Shown piece after piece: positions 49,326 to 60,250 of a stretch of DNA of 64,000 bases. A program made the translations under genes and the position numbers. Each line of letters starts with the position of its first letter. Position 1 is the stretch's first letter. The notes under the pieces were generated by a model. That model was not told the DNA's origin. It was given only the letters and a program-made list of their open reading frames with translations, and did not search any database. Source of the stretch: Spirochaetia bacterium. GTDB lineage: Bacteria; Spirochaetota; Spirochaetia; SP-2023. Location of the stretch: the NCBI GenBank assembly GCA_965263295.1, contig OZ253665.1, positions 1,952,001 to 2,016,000 on the forward strand, written 5' to 3'.

Positions 49326-52010
49326 TCAGTCATCCAAATCATAGTCAACAGCAGCCATCAAGTTGTAGATCCTCTCAGCGAAGCCTCCGTGCTCATCCGA
49401 GACCCGCACCCGCATCTGGTATTCACTTTCACCAATCGGAATGCTCAGATTAAAAGTCTGCTCCGATGACTTTATTTCCCATCTGCCGTACACCAATCTA
49501 TTCTCCCGATTATCCCACTGGGATTTCTCCCGATAATCCCACTGGTATTGAAAATCTTTATTTGGTTCTTCGTCGCGCACATTTACTTCAAACGAAACCA
49601 CTCCATATTTATTGGTGAAACCGGAATCATCATTAGTTCTACTGATTGGACTTCCACCCTGTAAAGGCACCTTAAAAGAAATCTGTGGCGCCACATTCAC
49701 AAATACATGCCGATGTTTCGTATCTTGCGCCCCCATGTCATCCGTCACCGTTACTGTTACCAGAACCTTGTGGGGGTCGCCCTCAATCTGCGTTTGCCCC
49801 TCTTTCAGCGGCGAGTACAAGGCCAAGCTTGCTTCCGGGCCTGTTTCGCCTTCCTGCTCCACACCATTGACCTCCCAGCGGTAGGTCAGCTTTCCGCCAT
49901 CTTCGTCATGGCCTTGAACAATGAAGGTCTGTGGCTCCGTGGCAGTATTTATATCCGCAAGCTGAAACCATTCATCCTCTGCAACCGTAGCATCCGCAAA
50001 CTCTAGCGTCGGCTTCACATTCACGTACAGCGTTCGAAATTTCTTCGAGCTCTCCCCCATGTCATCCGTCACCGTTACTTTTACCAGAACCTTGTGGGGG
50101 TTGCCCTCAATCTGCGTTTGCCCCTCTTTCAGCGGCGAGTACAAGGTCAGGTTGGCTTCCGGGCCTGTTTCGCCTTCCTGCTTCACACCATTGACCTCCC
50201 AGCGGTAGGTCAGCTTTCCGCCATCTTCGTCCTGAGCCAAAACTTTAAAGGCCTGCGGCTCCGTAGGATCATTCACGTCTTCAAGCTGCAACCATTTACC
50301 ATCTGCAACCGTGCCATCCAGAAAGTTAATCTCCGGCGCATCGTTAGGCTCCAAGGTCAACTGGTAAACCGCCTCGGCACTGCCGCCGTCCTCATCCTTA
50401 ACCGTCACCCGCACTTGATACGGATCCTCACTTGCTGCAAAACCCTTCGTTGCCAGCGTAAAAGCCTCTGTCTCCACGCCTCGCGTCCAGTCGCCAGCCC
50501 CAGGTGCCCGGGACTCCCACTGGTATCTAAAACCCTCACTTGATTCCTCGTCGCTCACAGTCACTGCAAAGTTGACAGTTTCGCCCGCCCTGGCCGTGCC
50601 AGAGTTCCCAGCCGTCGGCTGCGCAAAGCTCAGCTGCGGCTGCGCATTCAGCTGCACTTCCACGCCATCTGCCCCAGCGGATGCCGGCTGCGCCGCCTGG
50701 CCATGCTCATCCTGCGCCTCAACCTTAACCAAGTAGCGGCCCGCCCTTTCGCTAAACTCATACTCCAGGCCCGCTCCCTGACCTATTATATGGGACGATT
50801 CAGACCAGTCGCCATTGTCGTCTTGGTCGTCTTGGTCTTCTTGCGCATACAGATGCCAAGTGTAACTTAGCCCATCAGCTTCTCCATCAACCACGGCCTC
50901 AAATGTCATACTTGGCTTTTCACCACTAGCCAGCTGCAAAATCTGCGATCCCGACGGGTTGACAACCCGCAAGCCAGCTGGCGCCACCTTGAAATCAAAT
51001 TTTCGCTCGGCCGTCGCCCTACCATCGCGGTCATCGCTGACCTCAACTTTTACCGTCTTTATACCCGGATTTTCAGCTGTAAAAGTGAATTCCGCAGAAC
51101 CTCTGGTAGTTTCCTGCTTTTCCTCCTGCACTGCTCCATCCTCGTCGAGCAACTGCCACTCGTAGGTAAAGCTGCTCATCGATTCTACACCGCCTTCCGC
51201 AGAAACTACGACCGTCACATCCGAACCCACCGACACAGCGGTCGGCGCCGCATCAAGCGTGAGTGCGGCATCGCGCTCATCCTCGCCATTTGCGAATCCC
51301 GTCGTGCCAATCTCCCAGTATATCTTCGGATCGGCTACAGTGGCAGGACTTAAAGTTGCCCAAGGCTGTATCCGCATCGAGAATTTTTCCGGCAGCTCAA
51401 TGCTGGCCGTGGCCTGGAATTGCCCTTCGGCAGTTTGGGTAGCCAAGAAAGCCTCAACCACCACCTCTAATTCACCGGCGGAAATATCGGACCATTCAAC
51501 AGGCAAATAATCTTTCCAATCCTGAGGATCGAGGACAAAAAATTGTTTTTCACCCTCTACCGCCGTGATCTGATATTCAGTGGCATCGCCGCCATCATTG
51601 TAATTTTCACTCCGCTGCAGCCAGAAAGTTTCGGCAATTTCATCCGCAGTCTCAGCAGAATCTTCAGAGGCGCTTGCTTCAGCTTCTGAATTTTCGGCGG
51701 CTTCATCTGTCGCCTCACTGTCTGCCATTTTTTGGCGCAGACCCCAGCGCACGACCACATCAGCCCAAAAATCGGCCAGATCCTCCGTGCCCAGCTCGCT
51801 ATCTTCCAAGACGATGTACTCGTCTTTAATAAAGGAATCAATATAAAATTGAATTTCCCCGGTATCGTCAATTCTCTTTGAGTCCAGGTCAATTAATGTT
51901 TTGGGCCCAGAGTCCGAATCGGATGAATCATCCTCACAACCCCAAACAAACAGGGCCAAAAGCACAAGGCTGACGGCAAAGAGCCGTTTAAAAATTAGGT
52001 CAGATGACAT
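49326..52010 (-). CDS. large acidic lipoprotein with tandem PKD/Ig-like domains (putative adhesin)
   Basis: RBS AAGGAGG, lipobox VWGC, repeated Y.W...V.V.D..G modules. Confidence 0.82.
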   Translation of the reverse strand: MSSDLIFKRLFAVSLVLLALFVWGCEDDSSDSDSGPKTLIDLDSKRIDDTGEIQFYIDSFIKDEYIVLEDSELGTEDLADFWADVVVRWGLRQKMADSEATDEAAENSEAEASASEDSAETADEIAETFWLQRSENYNDGGDATEYQITAVEGEKQFFVLDPQDWKDYLPVEWSDISAGELEVVVEAFLATQTAEGQFQATASIELPEKFSMRIQPWATLSPATVADPKIYWEIGTTGFANGEDERDAALTLDAAPTAVSVGSDVTVVVSAEGGVESMSSFTYEWQLLDEDGAVQEEKQETTRGSAEFTFTAENPGIKTVKVEVSDDRDGRATAERKFDFKVAPAGLRVVNPSGSQILQLASGEKPSMTFEAVVDGEADGLSYTWHLYAQEDQDDQDDNGDWSESSHIIGQGAGLEYEFSERAGRYLVKVEAQDEHGQAAQPASAGADGVEVQLNAQPQLSFAQPTAGNSGTARAGETVNFAVTVSDEESSEGFRYQWESRAPGAGDWTRGVETEAFTLATKGFAASEDPYQVRVTVKDEDGGSAEAVYQLTLEPNDAPEINFLDGTVADGKWLQLEDVNDPTEPQAFKVLAQDEDGGKLTYRWEVNGVKQEGETGPEANLTLYSPLKEGQTQIEGNPHKVLVKVTVTDDMGESSKKFRTLYVNVKPTLEFADATVAEDEWFQLADINTATEPQTFIVQGHDEDGGKLTYRWEVNGVEQEGETGPEASLALYSPLKEGQTQIEGDPHKVLVTVTVTDDMGAQDTKHRHVFVNVAPQISFKVPLQGGSPISRTNDDSGFTNKYGVVSFEVNVRDEEPNKDFQYQWDYREKSQWDNRENRLVYGRWEIKSSEQTFNLSIPIGESEYQMRVRVSDEHGGFAERIYNLMAAVDYDLDD

Positions 52011-52211
52011 ATCTGTATCCTCCTTATAAAAAGAATGTGGGCTACAAATTTTAAATGAGGAACGATATGAAATAGAAAATAATAATATTGGTTCGCAGGC
52101 ACGGGCAAACTTGCCAATAGAAGCGCCTACAACAGCTCTAGTATATTGCCCAAAACCAACTTTGACAAGTATTTTCAAATATTTCACAAAACATTTACAG
52201 GAATTTTGCGC

Positions 52212-52559
52212 CTAAATTTTCAGTCCTTGACTTTTCAGTTCTTGGTAAGCCGTGATTCCACCGGCCATATTCCACAGTTTTTTAAACCCTTGGCCAGCCA
52301 GGAACTGAGCCGCTTTCATGGAACGCCCACCGCTCTTGCATTGCAAGATCAGTCCCGTTTCCTGGTATGGAAGTAACGACACCCATTTACCGTCGAGAAT
52401 CTCTGCCAGCTCCAGATGCATACTGCCAGGAATTGAGGACTCTGTATATTCATCGGAACGCCGAACGTCCAAAAGTATAATCTCCGGATACTGCTCTAAG
52501 AGCTCCAAACATTCCTGAACGGACAAACTGACAATTTTTGTGTCCTCAGGGAAAAACAT
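52212..52559 (-). CDS. rhodanese-like protein
   Basis: LLDVR..EY...IPGS, CKSGGRS, MAGGI. Confidence 0.9.
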   Translation of the reverse strand: MFFPEDTKIVSLSVQECLELLEQYPEIILLDVRRSDEYTESSIPGSMHLELAEILDGKWVSLLPYQETGLILQCKSGGRSMKAAQFLAGQGFKKLWNMAGGITAYQELKSQGLKI

Positions 52560-52566
52560 GTTGCCC

Positions 52567-53427
52567 CTACTCTTCCACGTTAAGCCACTTGCGAATCAGG
52601 TGGCTCAGCCCTTTATTGTCGCGGGCTTCTTCGCGCTCCAGACGGCTGACAATATTTCGCACACAAGCTGTAACTTTCGCCTTGGGGTCCATTACGTAAA
52701 AAGGCCGCTGGCGACGAACGGCTTGCTGTATCAATGGATCATTGAACACAAAACCCAAGTAGTCAACTTTCATATTTAAGAATTGAGTCGAAATATTTGC
52801 CAGGCGCTGGGCCACACCCCGCCCCTCGGAGACAGAGTTGACCTGATTGACAATAAGCTGTACTTGAGCCCGCTCTTTTTGCACTTCAGTTGCAATAATC
52901 TTAATCATCCCATAGGCATCGGTAATGGCCGTGGGTTCGGGAGTCGTAATCACCAGAATATCATCAGCTATGTCGATAAAATCGACAACGCTGCTATTAA
53001 TACCTGCCGCGGTATCAATAATGATAATATCGGCAAAGCTCAAACTAACCAGACCCTTCAGGAAAGGTTCCCGTTCATCCGCACTCAAATTCGCAATCTG
53101 CGAGAAGCCAGAGGCTCCAGCAACCAAGTAGATTCCATACTGAGTCTTGAGCAAGATCTCTTCCATGGTCTTCTGGCGCCGAATCACATGATAGAGGTTA
53201 TACTTGGGGACAACATTCAGTATAACATTGACATTGGCCAAACCTAGGTCGGCATCAAATACGACTACTTTCTTACCTCTTTCAGCATAAGCAATTGCAA
53301 GATTAGTAGAAATATTGGTCTTACCTACACCACCTTTGCCACTCGTAACAGTAATCACACGGGTTTTGCCATGCTCGCTCTCACGCCTTACTAATTCACG
53401 TAGCGTTTCTGCCTGATCTTGCGCCAT
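52567..53427 (-). CDS. flhG: MinD-like ATPase FlhG
   Basis: SGKGGVGKT, DADLGLAN, PEPTAITDAY; follows flhF. Confidence 0.92.
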   Translation of the reverse strand: MAQDQAETLRELVRRESEHGKTRVITVTSGKGGVGKTNISTNLAIAYAERGKKVVVFDADLGLANVNVILNVVPKYNLYHVIRRQKTMEEILLKTQYGIYLVAGASGFSQIANLSADEREPFLKGLVSLSFADIIIIDTAAGINSSVVDFIDIADDILVITTPEPTAITDAYGMIKIIATEVQKERAQVQLIVNQVNSVSEGRGVAQRLANISTQFLNMKVDYLGFVFNDPLIQQAVRRQRPFYVMDPKAKVTACVRNIVSRLEREEARDNKGLSHLIRKWLNVEE

Positions 53428-53537
53428 TCTAATTAATCGCCTACAACCTCGCCAGGTATAACCATTATCGTAAAGCCACCCAACCCTATAAAATATTCTG
53501 CCATACTCTACCAGAAATTAGCGTTTTCTTGCATAGC

Positions 53538-55616
53538 TCAAAGTATGCTTTCTTCCAATTTTTGTGCGAAGCTTTGCCAGTTGACCTGCACGTCCGAGAG
53601 TTGCTGGAACAACAGCAAAGCCGATGCCTGCCTGATGTCCTGAGGCACCTTCTGACCCGTTGTCACATACGACACAGGGATATCCTCTTGCAAAAAGCTT
53701 GCCAAAGTGCCTCCAATACGCCCCAGCTCGTCCAGTTTTGTCAATATCACGGAGCGGAAACCAAAAGGCTTGAATTGCGTGATAATTTCCTTCATGGCAC
53801 TGACCCCAGAAGTAGAACTCATAGCCAAGTGAATCTCGCAATTGCCGCTGTACTCCAGGAAACGGCGCATTTCCGCCAGCTTCATATGATCGCTGGGGCT
53901 GCGCCCCATAGTATCAATTAAGATTATATCAGACTCTTGGTCCTGGGCAATACAAGTTGCCAGTCCTTCAGTCGTTTCCACACAATCCACGCGGGCACCA
54001 AGTATTTCGCCATACGTGCGAATCTGATCCTGCGCGCCAATGCGATAATTGTCCAAAGTGACCAAATGCACTTTTTTGCTGCCGCCCATTGCTTCGACAC
54101 ATTGTCTCGCCGCCAGCTTTGCGATTGTCGTCGTCTTGCCCACACCCGTGGGGCCGACCAAGACCATAATCCTGGCATGCCCTTGATTCTCGACATCAAT
54201 AAAGCGCATATTCTCGGCAATATGCAATAAAACATACTCCCACAATACTTCTAGCTTTTCCAACTCTTCAAGCGGGAGCTCTCGCTTCATTTGACTCACC
54301 AGCCGATCGACAAAAAAAGGTGGAAACTCATTATGATACATATTTTCACGCAGCTGCACCAAACTGTTCGGTTCAACCAAGCTACCGCGCCTGTCGAGCT
54401 TCCGTTCTAAATTCTCTAAACGCCGCAGAAAAGTGGCTTCAATTTGCTCCATATGATAATGGTTATTGGAATCAATTGAATGATTTACGCCTGCCTGCCT
54501 CCGCCCGCTAGCATAATTTCCAGGGCGCTCTCCATACCCTACTCTCTCCCCAAAACCCGGACCAGAATGAGATGAGTTGTGGGCGGAATCACCCCTCCAG
54601 GATTGCGGACCTGAAGGTGAAGCTGGAGGTGAATGGGTAAATCGCTCTCGGTGTCCTTGCCCTTGATCTCTACTGCCCGCCCCTTGTCCCCGGTAGTAGT
54701 TCGGAGGCCAAAGTGGACTCGCTCCCTGGGATTGTCCCGGACTTGCCGAACCGGTTCGCATTCCGTACTGGGCCGGACCGGGCTGCGGACCCCAGGAGTC
54801 TGAGCGCCCATTGCTTTGGGGAGCTCCGGTGTTTACATTTTTGCTATCATACAACATATTGTCCCCAGCCTCTCCCGGCACAAAACCAGCCTGCACTTGC
54901 AACATGTCAGGGCTTCTCGCAGCCGAAGATGCGGACAAGACATCGTAATTGACGCTGGCGTACTCCGGCTCTTCCGCAGGGGCAGAAAAGCCGACGGGAT
55001 CATAAACGGGCGCAAAGCCATTTTCATTTCCCTCTTTCTGTGGTGATACCGCCTGCGGCTTGGCGCCAGGCGAATGAGGAGACGAATGAAGAAGCGGAGC
55101 ATCCTGTCGGGGAAGCTTTTCTTGTTCCGACGCATTCAACACCAGTTTCTTCTCTTGCAGCAGACGCTGAACCTCTTTATTTTTAGCGAATCGCGCCAAA
55201 ATTTCTTCGCGACTGCGCCGGTCGCGCTCTGCCTGAGCCCGTTCAGAAACCGGATAATATTCAGCTTCCCCTTCTGAAATATCGGGGAGCGCTTCCTTCA
55301 AGGACCCTTTTTTTCCTTTATTCCAGGCCCCTGGCTCTGTACCCATCACGCTTTCCGACTTACTCAGATTTCCGCCCATATGTTGAGAAACTTGCGCACT
55401 GACATCCTTGTTACGATTGAGGCGATTTCCTGTCACAAAAGCAGATTTTTCCAAGATGTAACCAAAGTATTCGACACCTGTACGCCGACCGACGCCAAAT
55501 ATTCCGCCCAGTTTTACCGTTTTACGCGACATAATTTGATAATTGTCGCCAAACTTTGCATTCAGCGCTTCAATAACTTCGTGATCGCTCTTACCCTGTT
55601 CACGGAAATAGCGCAT
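53538..55616 (-). CDS. flhF: flagellar SRP-type GTPase FlhF with a long low-complexity B region
   Basis: GPTGVGKTTT, DTMGRS, TKLDE, GQKVP. Confidence 0.92.
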   Translation of the reverse strand: MRYFREQGKSDHEVIEALNAKFGDNYQIMSRKTVKLGGIFGVGRRTGVEYFGYILEKSAFVTGNRLNRNKDVSAQVSQHMGGNLSKSESVMGTEPGAWNKGKKGSLKEALPDISEGEAEYYPVSERAQAERDRRSREEILARFAKNKEVQRLLQEKKLVLNASEQEKLPRQDAPLLHSSPHSPGAKPQAVSPQKEGNENGFAPVYDPVGFSAPAEEPEYASVNYDVLSASSAARSPDMLQVQAGFVPGEAGDNMLYDSKNVNTGAPQSNGRSDSWGPQPGPAQYGMRTGSASPGQSQGASPLWPPNYYRGQGAGSRDQGQGHRERFTHSPPASPSGPQSWRGDSAHNSSHSGPGFGERVGYGERPGNYASGRRQAGVNHSIDSNNHYHMEQIEATFLRRLENLERKLDRRGSLVEPNSLVQLRENMYHNEFPPFFVDRLVSQMKRELPLEELEKLEVLWEYVLLHIAENMRFIDVENQGHARIMVLVGPTGVGKTTTIAKLAARQCVEAMGGSKKVHLVTLDNYRIGAQDQIRTYGEILGARVDCVETTEGLATCIAQDQESDIILIDTMGRSPSDHMKLAEMRRFLEYSGNCEIHLAMSSTSGVSAMKEIITQFKPFGFRSVILTKLDELGRIGGTLASFLQEDIPVSYVTTGQKVPQDIRQASALLLFQQLSDVQVNWQSFAQKLEESIL

Positions 55617-55825
55617 GAATGCTCCTTTGAAATTTATCCACTAATTCACGATTAAGCCAAAATTAAGTCGAGAGAAGGACTCTTGCTTTCCATCTGACCA
55701 ACGCAAGCATCTTAATAATAGACCAAACTATAGATTTGGGCCGACAAAAATTGTATTATATACAAAACAGGCTGTAAATATAACATTTGCCCTTTAGCTA
55801 GGCAAGGCAGAATTTCCACAATTAT

Positions 55826-57946
55826 TTAACTCACAGCCGCCTGACCCAACCCGGAACCCGCGACAGAGCCAAATGGCACGCGGGCAATAACCTCCAGCTT
55901 TACTTCCCGTACGACTTCCAAAGTTGAAAGCACGGCTACGTCTACTCCTTCGCGCTCGCACAAGCTGCGCACCAGAACGCGCGCAGCTTCACTGCATAAA
56001 ATGATTGGCAGGAAACCTCTATTTTGGACATCGACAAGCACCTGGGAAAATTCCTGTGTCCACAGTTCCTGCAACTGAGGTTCCAAGGCCGCCACCGGCC
56101 CTGTCGCGGTGTCTAAGCGCGCCTGTATAATATGATTCTCCCATTCCGGGGCAAGCGTAGTCACCTGCAACGTTTTGTCATCACCGCCATATTGTAACGA
56201 AATCTGGCGGCCCAGAGCCTGACGAATTTTTTCTGTGATGTAGGCCAGATCTTTGGTCACGCCGGCGAAGTCGCCAACAGTTTCGAGTATATTGACCAAA
56301 TTGCGTACAGAAACCTGCTCGTGCAATAAATTCTGCAAGATCTTCTGAATTTCACCGACGCTAAAATCCTTTCGAGCTTCTTCAACTACAACGGCAAAGT
56401 TTTCTTTCAGCGATTCCAACATTGCCTGTACATCCTGGCGCCCCAAAATTTGCGCCGCATTGCGACGAACCAGCTCGCTCAAGTGTGTCGCCATGATTGA
56501 AGGGGGATCGACCACCGTATAGCCAAAGCGTTCGGCCTGTTCGCGCTGCTCGGCCGAAATCCAGACCGCATTCAGGCCAAATGCCGGATCAATCGTCGGC
56601 ATGCCTTCAATTACGCCTTCTTCGGCGCCGCCGGGGTTAATGGCCATCAAACTGCCCATCTGGATAGAGCCGCGTCCAATCTCGACACCGCGGAGCTTAA
56701 TCAGGTAGCAACTCGACTCCAAACGAATATTGTCGATAATGCGAATTTTCGGCACGACGATACCCAGCTCCAAAGCCGTTTCGCGGCGGATATTGGTAAT
56801 GCGATCGAGCAGCTCAGCCCCCCGCTCCTGATCCACCAAAGGAATCAAGCCATATCCCATCTCAATCAACAAGGCGTCCAATGGCACGACCGGTGCCAGA
56901 TCGCGGTCGTTGGGTTGCTCTTCCGCCTCGGCCTGGCTCTTGGCCGCAACTTCATCTTCTTTACGTTTTTTTTCCAAGTGATAACCTAAAAACACTGAAG
57001 CCGCAGCCAGGGCCAACAACATCAACCAGGGGAAACCAGGAACAAAAGCCAGGAGCAGGAGAAAGGCACCACCGATATAATAGACATACGGTTGCATGCT
57101 GAACTGACTTTTCGTCTCGGAACCGAAACTGGCTTCAGAGCCGGACCGAGTCACGACCAGACCAGTCGCAATTGAGACGACAAGAGTGGGAATTTGCGAC
57201 ACCAGGCCGTCACCAATCGTCAGCTGAGAGTAGATGCTAAGAGATTGCAGCAAGCTCTCACCTCGCATGCCCCCCATAATCAAGCCACCGATAATATTGG
57301 TCAAGGTAATTAATATTCCGGCCTTTACACTCCCTGAAATAAATTTAGAAGCACCGTCCATACGGCCATAAAAGTCCGAAGTCTGCTCCAGGTCACGGCG
57401 TCGCTTGCGCGCCTCCTCTTCGGTGATGGCCCCCGAGCCAAACTCGGCATCAATGGCCATCTGTTTACCCGGCATGGCATCCAGGGCAAACCGGGCCGCC
57501 ACCTCCGAAATACGCGAAGAGCCTTTAGTGATCACCAAAAACTGTACGATAACTATGATAATGAAAATAATCAGACCAGTTACCAGGCCATTTGTACCTT
57601 CACTGCCGACAACAAAACGGGCAAAAGCCCAGACAACCTGTCCGCCAAAGCTGGGCCCTTGAGTCAAAATCAAACGCGTCGAAGCCACATTCAACATCAG
57701 TCCGAACACCGTACTGACCAATAATATCGAGGGAAAGATTGAAAACTCAAGCGGGTCGCGCACATACAGCACCATCAGGATCATAAACAAGCTGATCGCC
57801 AAATTAAGGATCATCAGGAAGTCCAGCAAAGGGCTGGGGATCGGCACAATAAAAATCAGGATGACGGAGACGACGCCAATGGCCACGGCAATATCGGCAC
57901 CGCGATCCCCAAACAACCTGCGCGTCAAGTCTAGCAAAATCGTCAT
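55826..57946 (-). CDS. flhA: flagellar export protein FlhA
   Basis: EVAARFALDAMPGKQMAIDA, FYGRMDGASKF. Confidence 0.97.
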   Translation of the reverse strand: MTILLDLTRRLFGDRGADIAVAIGVVSVILIFIVPIPSPLLDFLMILNLAISLFMILMVLYVRDPLEFSIFPSILLVSTVFGLMLNVASTRLILTQGPSFGGQVVWAFARFVVGSEGTNGLVTGLIIFIIIVIVQFLVITKGSSRISEVAARFALDAMPGKQMAIDAEFGSGAITEEEARKRRRDLEQTSDFYGRMDGASKFISGSVKAGILITLTNIIGGLIMGGMRGESLLQSLSIYSQLTIGDGLVSQIPTLVVSIATGLVVTRSGSEASFGSETKSQFSMQPYVYYIGGAFLLLLAFVPGFPWLMLLALAAASVFLGYHLEKKRKEDEVAAKSQAEAEEQPNDRDLAPVVPLDALLIEMGYGLIPLVDQERGAELLDRITNIRRETALELGIVVPKIRIIDNIRLESSCYLIKLRGVEIGRGSIQMGSLMAINPGGAEEGVIEGMPTIDPAFGLNAVWISAEQREQAERFGYTVVDPPSIMATHLSELVRRNAAQILGRQDVQAMLESLKENFAVVVEEARKDFSVGEIQKILQNLLHEQVSVRNLVNILETVGDFAGVTKDLAYITEKIRQALGRQISLQYGGDDKTLQVTTLAPEWENHIIQARLDTATGPVAALEPQLQELWTQEFSQVLVDVQNRGFLPIILCSEAARVLVRSLCEREGVDVAVLSTLEVVREVKLEVIARVPFGSVAGSGLGQAAVS

Positions 57947-59118
57947 AAGGTCCTCCCTTTCATCCGGTAAACTTCCGCCAAAATGCGAGATACCACTTCC
58001 CAATAACGCTCCGGTATAATTTCTCCCACCTCGACATTGTCGTAGAGGCCCCGGGCCAAAGGCTTATTCTCCATAATCGGAACATTATTTTCCCGCGCTA
58101 TGCGGCGAATGCGAAAGGCGACCTCGTCGGCACCTTTAGCACTAAGCATCGGGGCCTCCATGCTGTTGCGATCCCACTGCAAGGCGACGGCAAAGTGAGT
58201 CGGGTTTGTCACGACCACATCGGCCTGCGGCACACTTTTGCCCAAATTCACCTTCAATAACTCACGCATTCTACGGCGTATCTGCGAACGCAACAAGGGG
58301 TCCCCTTCGGTTTGTTTCAGTTCATCCTTAAGTTCATGTTTGGTCATTTTTAGGGAATCGAGATATTGGCGTCGTTGAAAAATGTAATCCAGAATAGCGA
58401 CAACCAGAAACATCACGCTGGCCACCAATAAAATCTTAAATACGAGAAACCCCATATAGCCGATCGCATCTTCAGCGCTGCGCGAATGCAACAGAAGTAA
58501 CAACTTGGGAAACTCCGGATACACCAGGACAAAGATACCCAACATCACCACGCTGATCTTGCCCAAGATCTTCCCCAGGTTGAACAGGCCTTCGGGCCAG
58601 CCAAACGAGCGCATGAACCACTTGCCGAAGTTCGGGGCAATTTTTTTGAAATCTGGCTGTATGGGTTTGGCCGAAAAACGCAGCCCGCCGGTCTGTAACA
58701 GGTTTGCCAGCACGGCGCCAGTAGCTACGGCAAACATTAGAGGCAGCGTCAAACTGATAAAAAAACGTAGCGCGCCATACCAGATAACCTGCTCACGCAA
58801 GGAGCCCAGCTCGTGCGAAAAATAAAAACGCAGCACAGTCAGGAAGCGGGTCAGGCTGTGAGAACTCAAAAAACCCAGGGCAATGACCCCCAACAACATG
58901 GTAATCGCCCCCGTCAGGTCCGCGGATTTGGCAAAACGCCCCTCTTCCTGCGCCTTGCGAATTTTAGTGTCAGTCGGATCCTCGGTTCGCCCCTCATCCT
59001 CGGCGGCAAACCAGCGCAAATGCATGCCGGCCAAGGCTTCGACATGCCCTCTCTCTGCGCCGACGGCGACATGTCGCGCCAGGCAGTCCGCAAATTTTTT
59101 TTCCGCATTTACACTCAA
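57943..59118 (-). CDS. flhB: flagellar export protein FlhB
   Basis: NPTH autocleavage motif, EGRTEDPT. Confidence 0.96.
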   Translation of the reverse strand: MSVNAEKKFADCLARHVAVGAERGHVEALAGMHLRWFAAEDEGRTEDPTDTKIRKAQEEGRFAKSADLTGAITMLLGVIALGFLSSHSLTRFLTVLRFYFSHELGSLREQVIWYGALRFFISLTLPLMFAVATGAVLANLLQTGGLRFSAKPIQPDFKKIAPNFGKWFMRSFGWPEGLFNLGKILGKISVVMLGIFVLVYPEFPKLLLLLHSRSAEDAIGYMGFLVFKILLVASVMFLVVAILDYIFQRRQYLDSLKMTKHELKDELKQTEGDPLLRSQIRRRMRELLKVNLGKSVPQADVVVTNPTHFAVALQWDRNSMEAPMLSAKGADEVAFRIRRIARENNVPIMENKPLARGLYDNVEVGEIIPERYWEVVSRILAEVYRMKGRTL

Positions 59119-59939
59119 CGACCGGCTCCCGCACCTCCAGTGGTGCCAATTCCCTCCCTTGAGAATGAGCCCGTGGAGAGCACATACAAAATATCGCGCA
59201 AACCATAGTCCAAAAGCTGGGCGATCTGATTGAGCAACAACGGCATGACTAATAGCAAAACGACAAAACCCATCGTCGTTTGGATTGGAAAACCCAGAAC
59301 CAATAGATTCATCTGCGGAGCTGCCTTGGCCATCAACCCCAAAGTAATTGAAACGATCATTATCGTGCCTACGATAGGCAAGGCAAGAAATAGAGCCTGC
59401 TCCAGTAAAAAGCTCACTATGTAAATGCTAACATCCAGTAAATCCTGGTGCGCGAGCAGCAAAGTTTTAGCCGTCGGTAAGACTGTAAACCCTTGCGCTA
59501 GCACCCGCAACAAAAAAGTCTGCAGTGGGCCGACGCTCAAAAATACCAGCAAGGCAATGATATCCATGTACTGCGATAACAATGGCTGCTCGGAATTTAT
59601 GAGGGGATCAAAAATCTGCGCGGCGGAAAAAGCCATCTGCACCGAAAATACCTCGCCTGCAGTTCTGAAAATGGCAAACAGAGCCTGAACCAACAGACCA
59701 ATCAGTAGACCTAGCATAATTTCGGCCAACATGGAAAAAATAAAATCGCCTCCGGTGAGGCTGGGCTCAACCGGGTAATTATGCACCAACGGCATTACCG
59801 CCATGGCGACAAAAAAAATCAGACCTCCGCGAGCCATGGGTGGAATAGCAGTTGCCGAGAGGAAGGGCATAAGCGACATCATCGCACTAATGCGGGCAAA
59901 GATCAGGAAGTAAACCTGCAACTGCGTTTCAAAGTACAT
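59115..59939 (-). CDS. fliR: flagellar export protein FliR
   Basis: KAAPQMNLLVLGFP. Confidence 0.93.
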   Translation of the reverse strand: MYFETQLQVYFLIFARISAMMSLMPFLSATAIPPMARGGLIFFVAMAVMPLVHNYPVEPSLTGGDFIFSMLAEIMLGLLIGLLVQALFAIFRTAGEVFSVQMAFSAAQIFDPLINSEQPLLSQYMDIIALLVFLSVGPLQTFLLRVLAQGFTVLPTAKTLLLAHQDLLDVSIYIVSFLLEQALFLALPIVGTIMIVSITLGLMAKAAPQMNLLVLGFPIQTTMGFVVLLLVMPLLLNQIAQLLDYGLRDILYVLSTGSFSREGIGTTGGAGAGR

Positions 59940-59965
59940 CCGCTATCAGTCCCGGATATCAAGAA

Positions 59966-60250
59966 TCAACTGGCATTGACGACTTGCGGCACCATTTCCA
60001 GCAGGCGAACAGTATAATTGGCCAAAGTGTTGAGCATCCAGCTACCCAGCAAAGCCAACACCGCAAGTACCGCAAGAATCTTGGGTACAAATGTCAAAGT
60101 CTGGTCCTGGATGGATGTCGTCGCTTGGAAAATTGAGATTAACAACCCGACCACCACGGCTACAAGCAAAACCGGGCCAGCGATCAACAACACCTGCAAA
60201 ATTCCGCCCTGCAGGATTTGGGTAATAAGGGCATTTGCGTCCGCATTCAT
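59966..60250 (-). CDS. fliQ: flagellar export protein FliQ
   Basis: FQATTSIQDQTLTFVPK. Confidence 0.95.
   Translation of the reverse strand: MNADANALITQILQGGILQVLLIAGPVLLVAVVVGLLISIFQATTSIQDQTLTFVPKILAVLAVLALLGSWMLNTLANYTVRLLEMVPQVVNAS

Noticed and set aside
49700..50340. Diversity-generating retroelement TR/VR pair
   Set aside because: Both copies are in frame in one gene, differences are not confined to adenines, and there is no reverse transcriptase in the window
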